Shown here one piece after another: positions 35,663-48,706 of a stretch of 64,000 nucleotides of DNA. The notes under the pieces are model-generated. The model saw nothing but the letters and a program-made list of their open reading frames with translations, ran no database searches and was not told the DNA's origin. The translations under genes were made by a program, and so were the position numbers. Each line of letters starts with the position of its first letter. Position 1 is the first letter of the stretch. The DNA is from Chrysemys picta bellii (Eukaryota). The DNA is taken from assembly GCF_011386835.1 (NCBI RefSeq), contig NC_088803.1, forward strand, positions 29,946,001-30,010,000, written 5' to 3'.

Positions 35663-38600
35663 CTGCAGGGGAAGAGAGGCAGGGTCAGCTGCCTTCCTAT
35701 TCAGAACCCGCTCCCTCCCCTCTACCACCTGTAACAACCCTGTCTTGCCGCGTGCATAGCTCTATCAGGGCAGTTTTTATCAAGGTGTGGTGTTTATACA
35801 TGGATTTAATTTTATCTGTAGCAAGGCAGCATGGGGGAGTGGTCAGAGCCAGCGGGGGGACAGGTTCTAAGCCAAAATCTTCCATTCACTGGGATTTTTG
35901 GCCTGACACAAGTCACCTATTTGCCTATCTTGCTGGGGTGTTGTGAGACTTAACTCACTGGCCTCTGCAAAGTGATTTGAGATCCTCAGTGGAAGGTCCC
36001 AGGGACGTTCCACGCATTACAAATTATTGTACAGCACCCTGAGTGGCTCAGCAGGGGCATGAAAGGGGTGGGTTACAATTAAATTCCTTGATCAGTGCTC
36101 AAAAACCTGCCGAGGTCCCTACCAATGTGCCCTGGGGCGGGGGGGGGGGGGGAGGGAGTCCCACATCCAGTGATCAGTTTGATCCTGCACCCCTGAGTAC
36201 CCCTGTAGTGAAGAACTCAGCCCAGTCGGGCCATCAATGGCTAAATGAACAGCTGTGAATAGTCAGGTAGAAGGTGGGGACCTGGAGACCAGGCAGTGCA
36301 ACCTCTCTGAAGGCTGCTCCATTGTCTGCTTCCCATTTCATCACCCTGGCTCTATGCCACCTGCCCCTGCTTCCTGTATGCCCTGGGCCCATCCCAGGCC
36401 AGCATTATCTTGCCCTACAAGCAGAGAATCATGTCAGATTTTAACTAAGGCGGGGTTCAGATGAAATAAGAGCTGGACTGAAATTAATAAACATACCAAT
36501 AAATACAGATAAATGATTAGTCAACAAGGTGTTCTGGTCTAACTGCAAGAATAACAGTTCTCTCTCTCTTAGCCCCACCCCTGTAATTTACCTCCACGCC
36601 CAACTGTCTACTCTTTCTCACCCTTTTTCCAATGTCTCCTGGGAGTTAGTCAAAGTGCCCCCTTCCCTGATCTCCAGGGGTCTGATCAACCCTCACTGGA
36701 GCCCCACTGACCTCAGTGGGTACTGGATCAGAAAGGTTGCGTGGGAGATGAGGCTCTGGGGTGTTCTCACACCTACACTCAGGCACACCCATTCCCTCTC
36801 TCACACATACACTCGTCTCGTCTTTCACATGCACAGACATACATTCCAAAGTACACATGCAATCTCATGGATGCTGCTTGGCTCCCATCTTAGCTCCAAA
36901 GCAAGCTGGGCTGGGAAGATCCATGCTAGAGTTTTGAATGCTGGTCATTTTGGCTCTGCCAAATCCAGGACACTGGGATCAGGCAAGCACCAGGCAATCC
37001 ATATCCCCAAGTTTTTATCGTGTCAAACGACTGGCTAAAGGGTTGTGACCAAGAAACACAAAGAGACTTTCTCTGAAGATGCATTAGTGGCTTCAGTGTA
37101 GCAAAGAATTCACTCCCTGTCCTGACACCAGAGGCTTCTCTAGGACATTTATTGTGTCTCTCCCCCACAACATTTCTCTCCCCCTCCCTACAGGCCACTC
37201 CCTGATACAGTTTCTTATGACTTGCTGCACCCTCAGACACACGGCCTTTATTAAACGGGTCCAGGGGGAGACATCCATAGAAGGCAACAGAAAAAACATC
37301 CACAGGGGGCGACAGGAAAATGTCAGAGGGACGGTACCTGCTCTCCGTGTGTAAATATCTGTGGGATAAATGAGGACTGTCCAAATATCTGGAAGAAAGA
37401 GTTGGAGAAGGTTAAAGCACAAGACCCGGGGCCTTGTTAAACACAGTCATTCCACAGGAACTGCAGACAGTGGGGGACAAACAGATGTTCCCCCCCAGAA
37501 CTGCAGCTGCTACCCTCTCTGCTGCCACCTTTCTGGAGATCCCTTGAAGTGTCAGAATAGCAGAAACTGCCTCCTCCTTGCTGGCCGCTAAGATGGCTGC
37601 ACAAATACAACAAGACAAAGCTCCACAGGACTCTTTCAGGCCACAGAGAAGCTGCTGGACACATTTAGTCTATCATAATACACAGGTGCAAATGCTGAAG
37701 GCTTAACAACTACCAGTGACTGTAACGAATGGGACAAAATCCCAGCAGACAACCTGCACCAACAGGCCAGCATCCACAGGAACTCTCTGAGCACAGGAGT
37801 AGAGTCAGGACCTTTCCCACAGCTGATTGCAACACATGCATGAAGGCTCATCTTCTGGCACCAGCTCAGCCAACGCTTCATATTCTCCTTTCATCCCAAA
37901 GCTCTGCCAGATGCAAATCAGCAATCAGATGAGGAGACACTCCATTCTTACCAAGCTGCGCCTGCCCTGAGCATTCGCAGCCCATCTCCTGCCTTTGCTC
38001 TGGCATCAGCTCGGTTCCACTGGTGCTAGCAAGAGAGGGAGCGCTGGTGTAGACAGGGAGAGGGTATTTTAATCAGGTCATCACCTAATCCTGCTCAGAA
38101 CAAGGCTAGACAACAGCCTGAGCCTGGTCTATGCCCATACTACCACCATTGAACCAGTTTTACCACCGCATGGCCTTGCCTGCACTAACCCCCCATATTT
38201 CAACAACGGAGCCATGACACAACCGATCCTAGTCAAAGACAAACAGTATTTGCTTCACCTTAAAAAGACAACACACTGCCTGCTGGAGTGAATGCTGCAA
38301 AGACACAAAATGCTGGTTTCTCTATTCTAGTCTATTCGTATGTTGTGCCCATTACCACGGGATCTGAGACCCTACCCAGAATATTGTCTCCAGCAGATAC
38401 CTTACTACAAGACATGGATCCAAGATGCATCACTGTGAGAATCTGGATTCAGAATCTCCCTAAAGTTAAGAGGGGTCAGATCTGGGGCTTTGGTTTGGCC
38501 CGTTAAACAGATGGGGTCAGCTGCAAAATGTGGATGTTCAGAATTTGGAAAGATTCAGGCCTGGATCACTTTCAAATCACAACTTGGCTGTTGGTACCCA

Positions 38601-39459
38601 TAGCTATAAAGGGCTAAACCAGAAACCAAAATCTGAAGAGCCTCAGACTTTAGGGAAGTTTGGCTATATATCCAAATCTACATAAAACTCGGCAACTTGG
38701 GCTCATCTCTGTTGGCTAGGTGGCAGCCTTGCAAATCAGCATGAGATGAGAGACACTGGAATGGAGAGAAACCATTGTCCGCTTCACTGGACAAAGTATG
38801 AAAGATGCTTTGGGGAGCTCTTAGAAATGGCCAAAGCGAGGAAGAAAAACCATGCCCAACTTTGGGAGGACAACAGGCAACATCACAAACAGCCTCACAA
38901 CCTGCCACCGAATCACACATGGACAGACACACCAGATGGACAGGCTGGGACAAGTCCTGCATTAGCATCAGTGCTTGCTGTGACTTGGGGGGTGGGTCAA
39001 TGGTCTACAGAACCCCATCACTGCTGCAAAACCTGTCTCAAGTTTGGAGGGACAAAGTCAGCCCTTGTTTAGGCAGGTGGAAGTCCAGTGAAGCAACAGA
39101 GTTACACCAGGGCTGAGTTTGATCAAGACACTAGGCGTGTTCCCTTTGGTAACATTGGTATCCTTCGTCATGCCAATAAAGCTATTGAAATGGAAGTGAA
39201 TGTTGTATACTGGGATCTCCCAGCACATCTCAGAGATCTTTCATACTTAGTGTCTGGATCAACTCCTAGTGAAGTCCAGGGAAACTCTCCCATTTACTTA
39301 ATTGGGAGCTGGATTGAGATTTTAGACAGTAACCTTAGTCTGGGGTTGAGCACAAGCTAAGAATTCCCTCTGCCCTACACCCAGCTATTCCCACTAGAGA
39401 TCTGGGCTCAGACACAGGGTATGGCTATACTGGAGTTGGAAGGTGCAGTCTCCAACTCA

Positions 39460-40350
39460 GAACCATAGAAGTGTAGGATTGGAATGTCATCTAGTCCAGT
39501 CCCCTGCACTCAAGGCAGGACTACGTAATAGCTAGACAATTCCGATGGGTGTTTGTCTAACCTGTTCTTAAAAACCTTCAATGACAGAGATTCTACAGCC
39601 TCCCTAGGCAATTTGTTCTAGTGCTTAACTACCCGACACTGAAGATTTTCCTAATGTCCAACCTAAACCTTCCTTTGCTGCAATTAAAGCCCACTGCTTC
39701 TTGTCCTATCCCCAGAAGTTCTCCCTCCTCCTTGTAACAACCTTTTATGTACTTGAAAACGGTTATCATGTCCTCCCTTCAGTCTTCTCTTCTCCAGACT
39801 AAACAAACCCAATTTTTTCAATCTTCCCTCAGAGGTCATGTTTTTTAGACCTTTAATCATTTTTGTTTCTCTTCTCTGGATTTTCTCCCATTTGTCCACA
39901 TCTTTCCTGAAATGTGGCACCCAGAACTGGACACAGTACTCCAGTTATCAGCGTGGAGTAGAGCAGAAGAATTAATTCTCGTGTCTTGCTTACAATACTC
40001 CTGCTAATACATCCCAGAATGATGTTTGGGTTTTTTTGCAACAGTGTTACATTGTTGACTCATATTTAGCTTGTGATCCACTATGACCCCCAGATCCCTT
40101 TCCGCAATACTCCTTCCTAGGCAGTCATTTCCCATTTTGTATGTGTGCAACTGATCTCCTAAGTGTAGTATTTTGCATTTGTCCTTATTGAATTTCATCC
40201 TATTCACTTCAGACCATTTCTCCAGTTTGTCCAGACCATTTTGAATTTTCTTTCAAAGCACTTGCAACCCCTCCCAGCTTGGTATTGTCTGCACACTTTA
40301 GAAGTGTACTCTCTATGCCATTATCCAAATCATTGATGAAGATATTGAAC
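39460..40350 (-). mobile_element. CR1 3' fragment nested in a Harbinger MITE (arms 39417-39459 and 40351-40588)
   Basis: Decayed ORF2 peptides [16 protein letters not shown] and NIILGCISRSIVSKTRELILLLYSTL; the flanks carry GGGTATGGCTATACT and AGTGTAGACATCCC termini. Confidence 0.9.
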
Positions 40351-41240
40351 AGACATATCCCTGCTAGCTCTGATCAAGCTAGGCCAATAAAAATAGCCGC
40401 AGCGGCATAAGTGGCAGGAGAGGCGAACTGCCACAAGGGCAAACCTGTCCAAGACACTATGTATGTACTCGGAGTGGCTAGCCCCTCCCACCGCTCACCC
40501 TACCATGGCTGTACTTCTTTTTTTAAGGCGCAAGCTCAATCAGAGCTAATGTAGAGATGTCTGCCCGAGCTGCAGTGTAGACATCCCCAGAGATTAGTTC
40601 ACATATGAAATGAATGTGCTGGTCCCTAGCTAAGTGTCTGGATAGCAAAACACCCAGCACGTTGTTGGTGATCTACAAAGAATAATAATTAACTGTAATA
40701 AATACTCCCTGGTGAATAACGTTTGGCCTCTATTTAGCATCTTTTCTTGAGGATCTCAAGTTGCTTTACAAAGATCTATCCCCATTTTACAGATGGAGAA
40801 ACTGAGAGGTAAAGGAACTACAGTCCCAAATCCAAACACCTGGATTGGAGTGTTAAACTTTAGAGTATTGGCCTGTCTTGCTCTCTGGCGCTCACTAGTG
40901 GCTGGGAACAGAACTCTGATTTCTTGATGTCCAGCCCCAGGCTCAAATCACTACACCAGGCTGCCTTCACCCAGCACGTGCTATGGCAAACTTGGCAGTG
41001 TGTGAGCAGGGCAGGCTCAGGAACAGCATGATGTGTGTGTGTCTGTGTGTGCACGCGTGTAGAGAGACACGGTCTGCTGTGACTGATGGAGGCCTGGTCT
41101 GACTGGGTAAAACAGTCGGGAAAAGGCTAAGGGCTACCTGTCTGTCTAATCTCCAGCAAAGGATTTAAGGGAAGGGCGTGTCCTCTTTCTAAGGGCTGAG
41201 ATAATGAGTTGTGCCCTGAGGCGAGGGCCTGAAACAGACA

Positions 41241-41535
41241 GGCCAGGTCTACACCACACACTTGGCTATAGCTAAATCGCTCAGGGGTGTGAAAAACCCA
41301 CCCCCCGAACGACGTAGTTCTAGTGACCGTAACTCTCCATGTAGACAGAGCTGTGTAGGTGGGAGAGCTTCTCTCGCTGACATAGCTACCACCTCTCCCG
41401 GAGGTGACGTTATGGAGCTGACGGGAGAGCTCTCTCCCCTCCGTTTAGAGCATCTTCACCCTAAGCGCAACAGTGGCGTAGCTGCATCAGTGCAGCTGCG
41501 CCGATGTAAGTTGGTACTGCTTAAGGTGTCCTTAG
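41241..41535. mobile_element. PIF/Harbinger-type MITE
   Basis: Left TIR GGCCAGGTCTACAC; internal motifs shared with 2373-2623. Confidence 0.7.
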
Positions 41536-41589
41536 GCAGAGCACTTACTCTTTCCTGGGCTGGTGAGGGAGCCCAACCCGTTTAGACCT

Positions 41590-42350
41590 GGCCTGCACAC
41601 AAAGTCGCACCAGTTCCAGGGTTCCATGGTGTGCTCAAGGACACCTCGTTAGGCCTCAGGCCTCCAGCCATCCCCTCTCTGTGAGTGGCGACCCACGTCC
41701 CTCTCCCTTCAGACTGGGACTTTAGGCTTGCAGTGCCCCTGCAATTCACTGTGCTTATTCCAGCAGGTCTAACCTTGGTCCAGCGGCTGCCGCTCATTCT
41801 CCCCCAGGGACAATGACAATGGTTCCCAGCTTTCACAAAGCACAGTACATTTATTTTAGGACAAAAGCATTACAGAGAAAACAGAGAATAAAACAACAGA
41901 CAGTCTACACGCATGCTGTGCTTACCAGGGGATACCCATCTTCCACAGGGAGACCCTAGGAGGTTTCCAGTTTTTCAAACCCTTCCAGCAGGGGGTTACC
42001 CTCCTGGTTACAATCTCATGCCAGTTTGTGGCTCAGAGAGAGCCCCCCACCCCCAGTCAGTTCAGGCTGGCCCTTTTCATCACAAGCTTTCTCTTTGTCT
42101 CCTGGTCCTCTTGAACCCAGTCCGAACCAGTCTCTGTAGTTCCCCCGGTCAGTGATACTTCCGAGGAGAGGGAACAGCTCCAAAGATTTGCAGTAATTAA
42201 CCCCCACTGATTTTGGTTCCTGGAGGATGTTTGGTAGCCCTCACCAATAGAGCTAGAATACAACACCTGGCTCCCAAAGATACAGATGCCATTTCCAGAT
42301 ACAAAAGTTTATTACTAATCCTGGTGGCTATGGCATCTGGCACATCTCAC
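41590..42350 (-). mobile_element. Probable solo LTR (Gypsy-like), reverse orientation
   Basis: Resembles turtle Gypsy LTRs as recalled (CAGTACATTTATT = minus-strand AATAAA). Ends approximate. Confidence 0.5.
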
Positions 42351-42405
42351 TAGAATAGAAGTTTCCTTGCTTCCAAGATCTCGCATTTCTCACAGCATCA
42401 TCTGA

Positions 42406-42706
42406 GGCTAGGTCTACACTGGGGGGGAGGGGAGGGTCAAGCTAAGATACGCAACTTCAGCTACGCGAATAGTGTAGCTGAAGTCGGCATATCTTAGGTC
42501 AATTTACCTGGCCATGAGGACGGCGGCGTGTCGACAGCTGCCACTCCCCAGTCGACTCCGCTTCCGCCTCTCGCCAAGCTGGAGTTCCGGAGTCGATGGC
42601 AGAGCAATTGGGGATCGATTTTATTGCGTCTACACTAGATGTGATAAATCGATCCCTGATAGATCGATCACTACCCACCGATCCAGCGGGTAGTGTAGAC
42701 GTACCC
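42406..42706. mobile_element. PIF/Harbinger-type MITE, longer relative of 336-583, inverted
   Basis: TIRs GGCTAGGTCTACACT / AGTGTAGACGTACCC; TGA TSD on both sides; an older MITE ending GTGTAGACAAGCCC follows to about 42928. Confidence 0.88.
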
Positions 42707-43403
42707 TGAGTTAAAGCCATGCAGTGCTGTGTGCAGACACTCTTACATCTGTGTAAACTGGGCTCACTTTGGCGTAGGTTGCACCTGTTAATTTGCAAGC
42801 TAAATGGATATAAACCAGGTTTAAAGTGCTGCAGAGTGTTCCCACACAAAGCAGCACTGGTTTAATTCAATTGCTGCAACATCACATCTTTAGCTAAACC
42901 AGTGCAACTCTGTGTGTAGACAAGCCCTGAGTTGAATTGGCAGAGATCTGCAGATGCCAAGGCCTAGGGCAGCAGCAGGTTTGGTATTTCATCATTAATG
43001 TCCATTTGCAGGGCTGTGGTGGGCCCCAGGACTGAAATCCCAGTGGGTAGCGCCGGGTCTGAATTCAGCGGCATTGGCAAGCTGTGTGAAGGCCCAGGAC
43101 TGGAACGAGGGGGCTATTATAGATCAGGATTCCAGTGCATTAGCAGAGCTGTTTGCTGGCCTAGCAGGGAGTTACATGCCTGAATTTGGGTGCGCTGGCA
43201 ATGCTGAAAGAGAGTAGCTTCCCATCAGCTGCATGCACCCTGCTTGGTTTTGTGGCACAAAGGAAAATCCCTTCCCACCACCCACTCTACTGTCTCCTTC
43301 CGCCTACCAATCCCCTTCCTCTTCCTCTGGGAACACCCCTACCTGCGTCCTGCCCGCCCTGCTGCGGCTGGCTCTGGGTGGAACTGATGCTGCTCACGCT
43401 CAC

Positions 43404-43518
43404 CTGGCTGATGCAGCTGGACTCATCGATGTTGTCAGTGAGCTGGTTGTATTCTTCCTCCCAGCTTGGGAACTTTGGAGGTAAGAGGATCTCGACGGAG
43501 TCCAGGCGGTCCAGGCTC
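43404..43518 (-). CDS. DLGAP4: DLGAP4 coding exon 3 (115 nt, phase 2 to 0): (R)SLDRLDSVEILLPPKFPSWEEEYNQLTDNIDESSCISQ
   Basis: Acceptor CTCTCCCTTTGCCCCGCAG|G and donor CAG|GTGAGC. Phase fits exon 2 (AG|G = Arg). Peptide matches DLGAP4 SLDRLDSVDMLLP...SSCISQ. Confidence 0.95.
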
Positions 43519-44451
43519 CTGCGGGGCAAAGGGAGAGAGAGACTGAGAGGAAGCCCCCCCTAGCAGGCGATGAGCGAGGCAGCCATGGGGGTTTATAACC
43601 CTCAGTGCAACCAGCCAAGCCTTCCAGATGCAGGAAAGGGCAAGTGCTCAAGCTGATGTCGCCCTCTGGCACCCTCCGCTGGGTTCATTTATGCAGTGCA
43701 AGGAAATCCAGAAGCCAATCAGGCTCCAAGAATCCAGGGCCCCATATTCAGTGCCAGGAGAACAGGAGTAGAAGGAAGCACCTTGCCGAGCTTGTGAGAG
43801 CTGCCTGAGGCTTGGCTAAGCTGAGTTCGTGCAGACAGACCCACAGCTGGCACAGATATGAGGCCTTTCAGCGTGTTGAAATGAAAGGGTGGGGGGAGAG
43901 GATGGATGCCAGACACCCCTCCCCGTCACTGTCCCCCAAATTAAACCAGCCCATATGGGGGGGTTAGCCTAGGCGCTGACTGCCACGCTGGACTCTCCTC
44001 CATTCTGGGGGACAGCATGAACAGCAAGCATCAGACACAAAGGCAGTGTGGGCCAGTGGCTAGGGTGTGAGACTGGGAGTCAGGCAGCTGTGTTACTGCT
44101 GGCCTAGGCAAGTCACCTCCCAGCTCTCGGCCTCTTCTCTGCCTCTAGACTGCAACTGGGGCTGGTCAGCAAGAGGGGGTTTGATGGAAAATGGCTTATT
44201 CCATGAAATTCCTGAGCGGTTCTAATCACCAACTCTTCTGGGCAGGGCCTCACGGTGTGTGCACAGCACCTAGTACCAGCACCTTGAGGGAACTGCTGTA
44301 ACACACAGGATAAAATGGGCCCTGTGGCACTCTGGTTACCCAACGCCATACACATTGCTTATCAGCTTTTGAACTCTGTTATAGTCTTGGCCTTCCCAAC
44401 ATCCTCTGGCAAAAAGTTCCACAGGGACTTTCTTGGGATATTGGTTTATAC

Positions 44452-44762
44452 CAGGGGTAGGCAACCTATGGCATGCATGCCGAAGGCGGCACGTGAGCTG
44501 ATTTTCAGTGGCACTCACACTGCCCGGGTCCTGGCCACCGGTCCGGGGGGCTCTGCATTTTAATTTAATTTTAAATGAAGCTTCTTAAACATTTTAAAAA
44601 CCTTATTTACTTTACATACAACAATAGTTTAATTATATATTATAGATGTATAGAAAGAGACCTTCTAAAAATGTTAAAATGTATGACTGGCACGCGAAAC
44701 CTTAAATCAGAGTGAATAAATGAAGACTCGGCACACCACTTCTGAAAGGTTGCCGACCCCTG
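44452..44762 (+). mobile_element. hAT-type MITE, 311 bp
   Basis: TIRs CAGGGGTAGGCAACC / GGTTGCCGACCCCTG; perfect TSD GTTTATAC; adjacent to a small CR1 3' piece at about 44345-44425. Confidence 0.92.
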
Positions 44763-46652
44763 GTTTATACAGACATATACACCTGGCCAGGATAACCCTG
44801 AATGGCCACTGGGTGGCAATACTGCTCCACAGAATTGCACCTCAGGCACTGCCGGGCACGCTGAAGCTGCGGGGAAGCGCAGAGGTCTAAGCCCTTCCCT
44901 CCCCAAACTCATCCCACTAAGCAGGGCTCTGGGACTCTCACAGGCCATATTTTAAAGGAATGCCTAGTGCCACTTCTGGATGGCTGATCATGGGCAGTGC
45001 CATGCAGTGACCCCCTAGAGCCTGCAATGCAGGACGCTCCGCTGCAGGCCTGGGAAAGCAGGCAGCTGGGTTCACCCTGCCAGCCTTTGTGCAGCCACCA
45101 GCACGTAACTCAGGGCCTCTTCCAAGGATCCAAGAAACAAACTGGGCCTGGACCTGCTCCCGCTGGAGTCCATGACCAACCTTGCCATTGAGGGCCTGGT
45201 ACAAAGCCCTCTGACATCAACAGGAGTCTTCTCATTGACTCCAATGAGCTTTGAATCTGGCCCCGATGCCCCTCATCCTGATGTGATCGCCTGTCATGGA
45301 GGTCAACGTAATCCTCTCTCTTCCGGTCAGGGTTTGGATGAGTAGCCCAGCCCCCCAGCAAGGTACTTTGGCAGGTGTTTGTATCTGCCAACTAATGAGG
45401 TGCTGATTGGCCCGAGTAACGAAGGGTCCTGTGGCTGTTTATCCATCACTCCTCACTCATCCTGCTGCCAAACAGATCTCTAGGGAAATGAGCTGGGAAA
45501 GGAGGCCACAGGGGGATTTAATACTGTCCCCTTACACTGACTCCGGGCTTGTCAGATGCACCAATAAAAAGTAACAGCAACGTTACCCCCTCACGGTTCC
45601 CCTCCAACACTCCCCATCACCTACCCAGGCTGACCGCCTACAAGGAGAGAGAGCTGGGCTCAAATCTGATGGGTGGTTTACTCAGTCAGTGCTTCCTTAG
45701 GCAAATCTCCCTTGGAGGGGCTTGCCTGAGTGTGGACGGCAGGGTTAGACTTCACGCTGTGCCCTGGAAGTTAACAGCCTTGGGCTCCTGTTGGTCCAAC
45801 AGAGGAGGCAAGTGCCAGTCGAGGGCCCTGCCCAAGACAGCCCAGCCCAGATGGTGGGAACCCACTGGCTGATCTCAGGTGGCCTGCAGGGAGTGGCGTC
45901 CCTTACCTTCCGCACTACTGTGTTTGGCACTTTCATCAAGCTGCTGAGATGACTCTGCCCAAGGGGGCTCTCTCCGGCTGTCTGGGGAACACGGATACCT
46001 CCCTTTGCTGGAGCAGGAGTAGTGTGATGGGTAGGATCAGTGTCAGGAGAATTAGCAGCAGCATTTTGCGCATGCATAGCGCCTTCCACTCCAGGATTCC
46101 CATGCACTTTATCCACACTCCTCCCCACCCCCCAATGAGGAAGGTCAATACTATTAAGACTATTTTTCCATTGGGAAACTGAGGCAGAATGTGGGCAAGC
46201 GCTTTGCCCAGGGCCACACAGTGGGTCTGTAGCAGAGCTGAGAATAGAACCCAGGAGACCTGACTCACTGTTCTGCACCTCCGTTCAATCTATCACGATA
46301 CCGCAGTTCCTCATCTCCCTATTTCTACTTGGACTCCTCCCCTGTACCCCAGTACTGCCGGTCAGATCCCCCTTTATCTTGGCCAACATTGGAGACTCAA
46401 CCCACTGGTTTTGCTGCAGATAAACAGTCTCATCCATTGGCCTTTTCACCAAGCACAGGCCAGTTTTAATGGGCAACTCCAGGAAGGTTTCCCCACAGCT
46501 GGTGAGAATCCCTGAATGGGCAGGAGCAGCAGCAGGTGCTATTGACACTTGTTGGTCAGTCTGGATCTGAACAGCCCACTCCTGATAAGTGATGGACGCT
46601 AAACAGGCGGCACCTAAAAATAACTGGAGGTGATGGGAAAGCAAGGAGGAGC

Positions 46653-46670
46653 TGCCAGCAGATGGCGCTA
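46653..46670 (+). promoter_or_regulatory. CTCF core motif candidate
   Basis: TGCCAGCAGATGGCGCTA fits the consensus CCASYAGRKGGCRS. Motif match only. Confidence 0.55.
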
Positions 46671-46923
46671 GGCCTCACATTGTTGCTAGAGAGGGTGGAT
46701 TTCTCTATTCACCAGTTAGTCCTGTGGCAGCCCTTCATTTGGGTGGGGTGTTTTATTTAGTCTGGAGATGTGCAGTTTGTGCCCAGATCTTCCCAATTCT
46801 CTTGCCCACTTGGGAATGAGGGAGCAGGGCAAAGGTCAGAAGAACAGAGCGAGGCACAGGACAGAACGTGGGGTGTGTGACTTTATTCACTCAGGTAAAG
46901 GAGTTAGAAAGGGAAGAGACCTA

Positions 46924-47154
46924 GGGGTAGTCTACACTAGAAGTGCTACAGCTGTCCTGGTGCAGCTGGGTCACTGTAGCACATCCAGTGAAAACGCTCT
47001 TCTGTTGGCATAATAACTCCACCTCTGCGAGAGGGGGTAGCGCTGTCCACGCCGGCGCTTAGGTCAGTGTAACTTACGTCACTCAGGGGTTGGTTTATTC
47101 ACACCCCTGCGTGACATAAGTTACAACAACCAAACCTGTAGTGTAGTCAAGCCC
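46924..47154. mobile_element. PIF/Harbinger-type MITE
   Basis: TIRs GGGGTAGTCTACACT / AGTGTAGTCAAGCCC; internal palindrome CACTCAGGGG..CACACCCCTGCGTG. Confidence 0.75.
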
Positions 47155-47249
47155 CTCTTCACCCCCTTCTAGTCCAGTCTCCTAGGGCCAGTGCACAGGG
47201 TCTCTATAGTGCAGTGTAGTCATAGCCGGGCCAGTCCCTGTTATGCCCA

Positions 47250-47348
47250 GCCCTGAAGAAGAGCTCTGTGGCTCGAAAGCTTGTCTCTCCCCCCAACAGA
47301 AGCTGGTCCAACAAAAGATATCACCTCCTTCACCTTGTCTCTCTAATA
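47250..47348 (+). mobile_element. Penelope-like element 3' end with hammerhead-like core
   Basis: CTGAAGA-A-GAGC-TCTGTG-GCTC-GAAA-GCTTGTCTC...AAAAGATATCACC...TTGTCTCTCTAATA; recognised as a turtle PLE terminus. Confidence 0.7.
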
Positions 47349-48706
47349 GTCCCTACAGCACGTTTCCTAGTGCTTTGGCTTACCCACCCCAAGCGATAGG
47401 GCGTGCACCGCTCCCCTCGGGACACTAGTGCGCAGCCTGACAGACCTCACTGCCTGAGAGCCAGGCAACACTTTCCTTGGCTTAGTGTTATCCTATGCCT
47501 CCAAATAACTCCTCCCTGCTCCTCGCTGGCCTTATGGAAAGCAGCTCTCTTGCTTCCCCTTTGTCGTCCCTTGGCCATGGTGGATATATTTCGCTCTTTT
47601 GATCTCGCCTCCTAAGTCACGGCATCGCTGAACTCCCCCCAGCTTGTCCACTTTTTCCTGGGACTGAGGTGTGCAGAGCTGAATGTGATACCCGAGGCCT
47701 AGATGCCCCAGAGATGTGCAGGGACTGGTTCTCCTCTCCTAGGCTGCTGTGAATCAGGAGAACCCATATGGAAGTCACTGGGTTCACAGTGGTGCAGTAA
47801 GAGGAGAGCCAAGCCCCTGGATAGGGGCCGCTACCTCCCTGTTTGGTGACCAGATGCTCTCACAATGTCACCCTCCAAACTGTGTTCTTGTTCCCGCCGT
47901 ATCACGTGGCAAAGCTGCATCTCATTTGCAATCCACTACTGCGCCGAGGTCTCTGTGCATTGCTGCTCCCCAGCGCTCCCCGCCCTGCTGGCGTCTCTGA
48001 TTACTTCCCCCCGGACATATTAGCTTGTATTATTTCAAGCCAAATCACATTCGGTTAATTTCCTGTCTCCACGTCTACCCCGTCCTGGTCTGTTTGTGCT
48101 CACTCTCTGTCCTCACTGGAGTTGGCAGTGTCTCCTCTGTGAATTTCAATCCAGTGCAGTTAAAGGGCTTGGGGAAATCAGCACCAGGACAGCTAGTCAG
48201 GGGAGAGCCCACGGGCTGCTGGGGGAGCAGCTGTTTACAGGGTGGATGTAGCAGCACCTGCCCCATATACAGGTGGGGCCTCCTTACCTCTCACTCTCCC
48301 TTGCTATGCTCCAGTTGCTTCACTTTCTGTTTGGATCCCAGACAGCTAGTACCTTCCCCTCACCCCCATACTTGGCCTTGGCTCCCCTCTCCTGGTCTCA
48401 TCTTTTCTTGCTGTTGTCCTCCACCCAGCTTGGCAACCCACCCAGTCCCCCATCCCATCCCATGCAGCTTGTTGCCGGTGACTTTCACTTACAGATGCTC
48501 CCCAGAATCCTTCGGATTAGCTGCAGTAGCACATCAAAGGAGGTGCCCCGGTGCAAAGGGATTCTGGGATCCAAAGGCCAGCATATGAATGTGAACATGT
48601 GGCCATGCTGGGAGACACCCAGCTACAAGTCACCTTCCATGTCTAAGCAGCTTCGCCTTGTTTAAGCTTCCCTCCTCTTTAAGAGCCAGATCCTCTTAGG
48701 TGTAAA

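Noticed and set aside
36940-36995. Weak nucleotide resemblance (CCTGATCCCAGT..TTTGGC) to the mammalian IFGQASLIPQLFG exon
   Set aside because: There is no acceptor or donor and the frame does not give the peptide; consistent with chance.
37952-38025. Exon-like segment (CCCTCTCTTGCTAG| ... TTG|GTAAGA)
   Set aside because: It is 74 nt, frameshifting, with no homology and no other support. At most a poison exon, which I cannot support.
47039-47052. REST/RE1 site (AGCGCTGTCC), also GGACAGCACC near 19646
   Set aside because: Half-sites only, with wrong spacing; the first lies inside a MITE.
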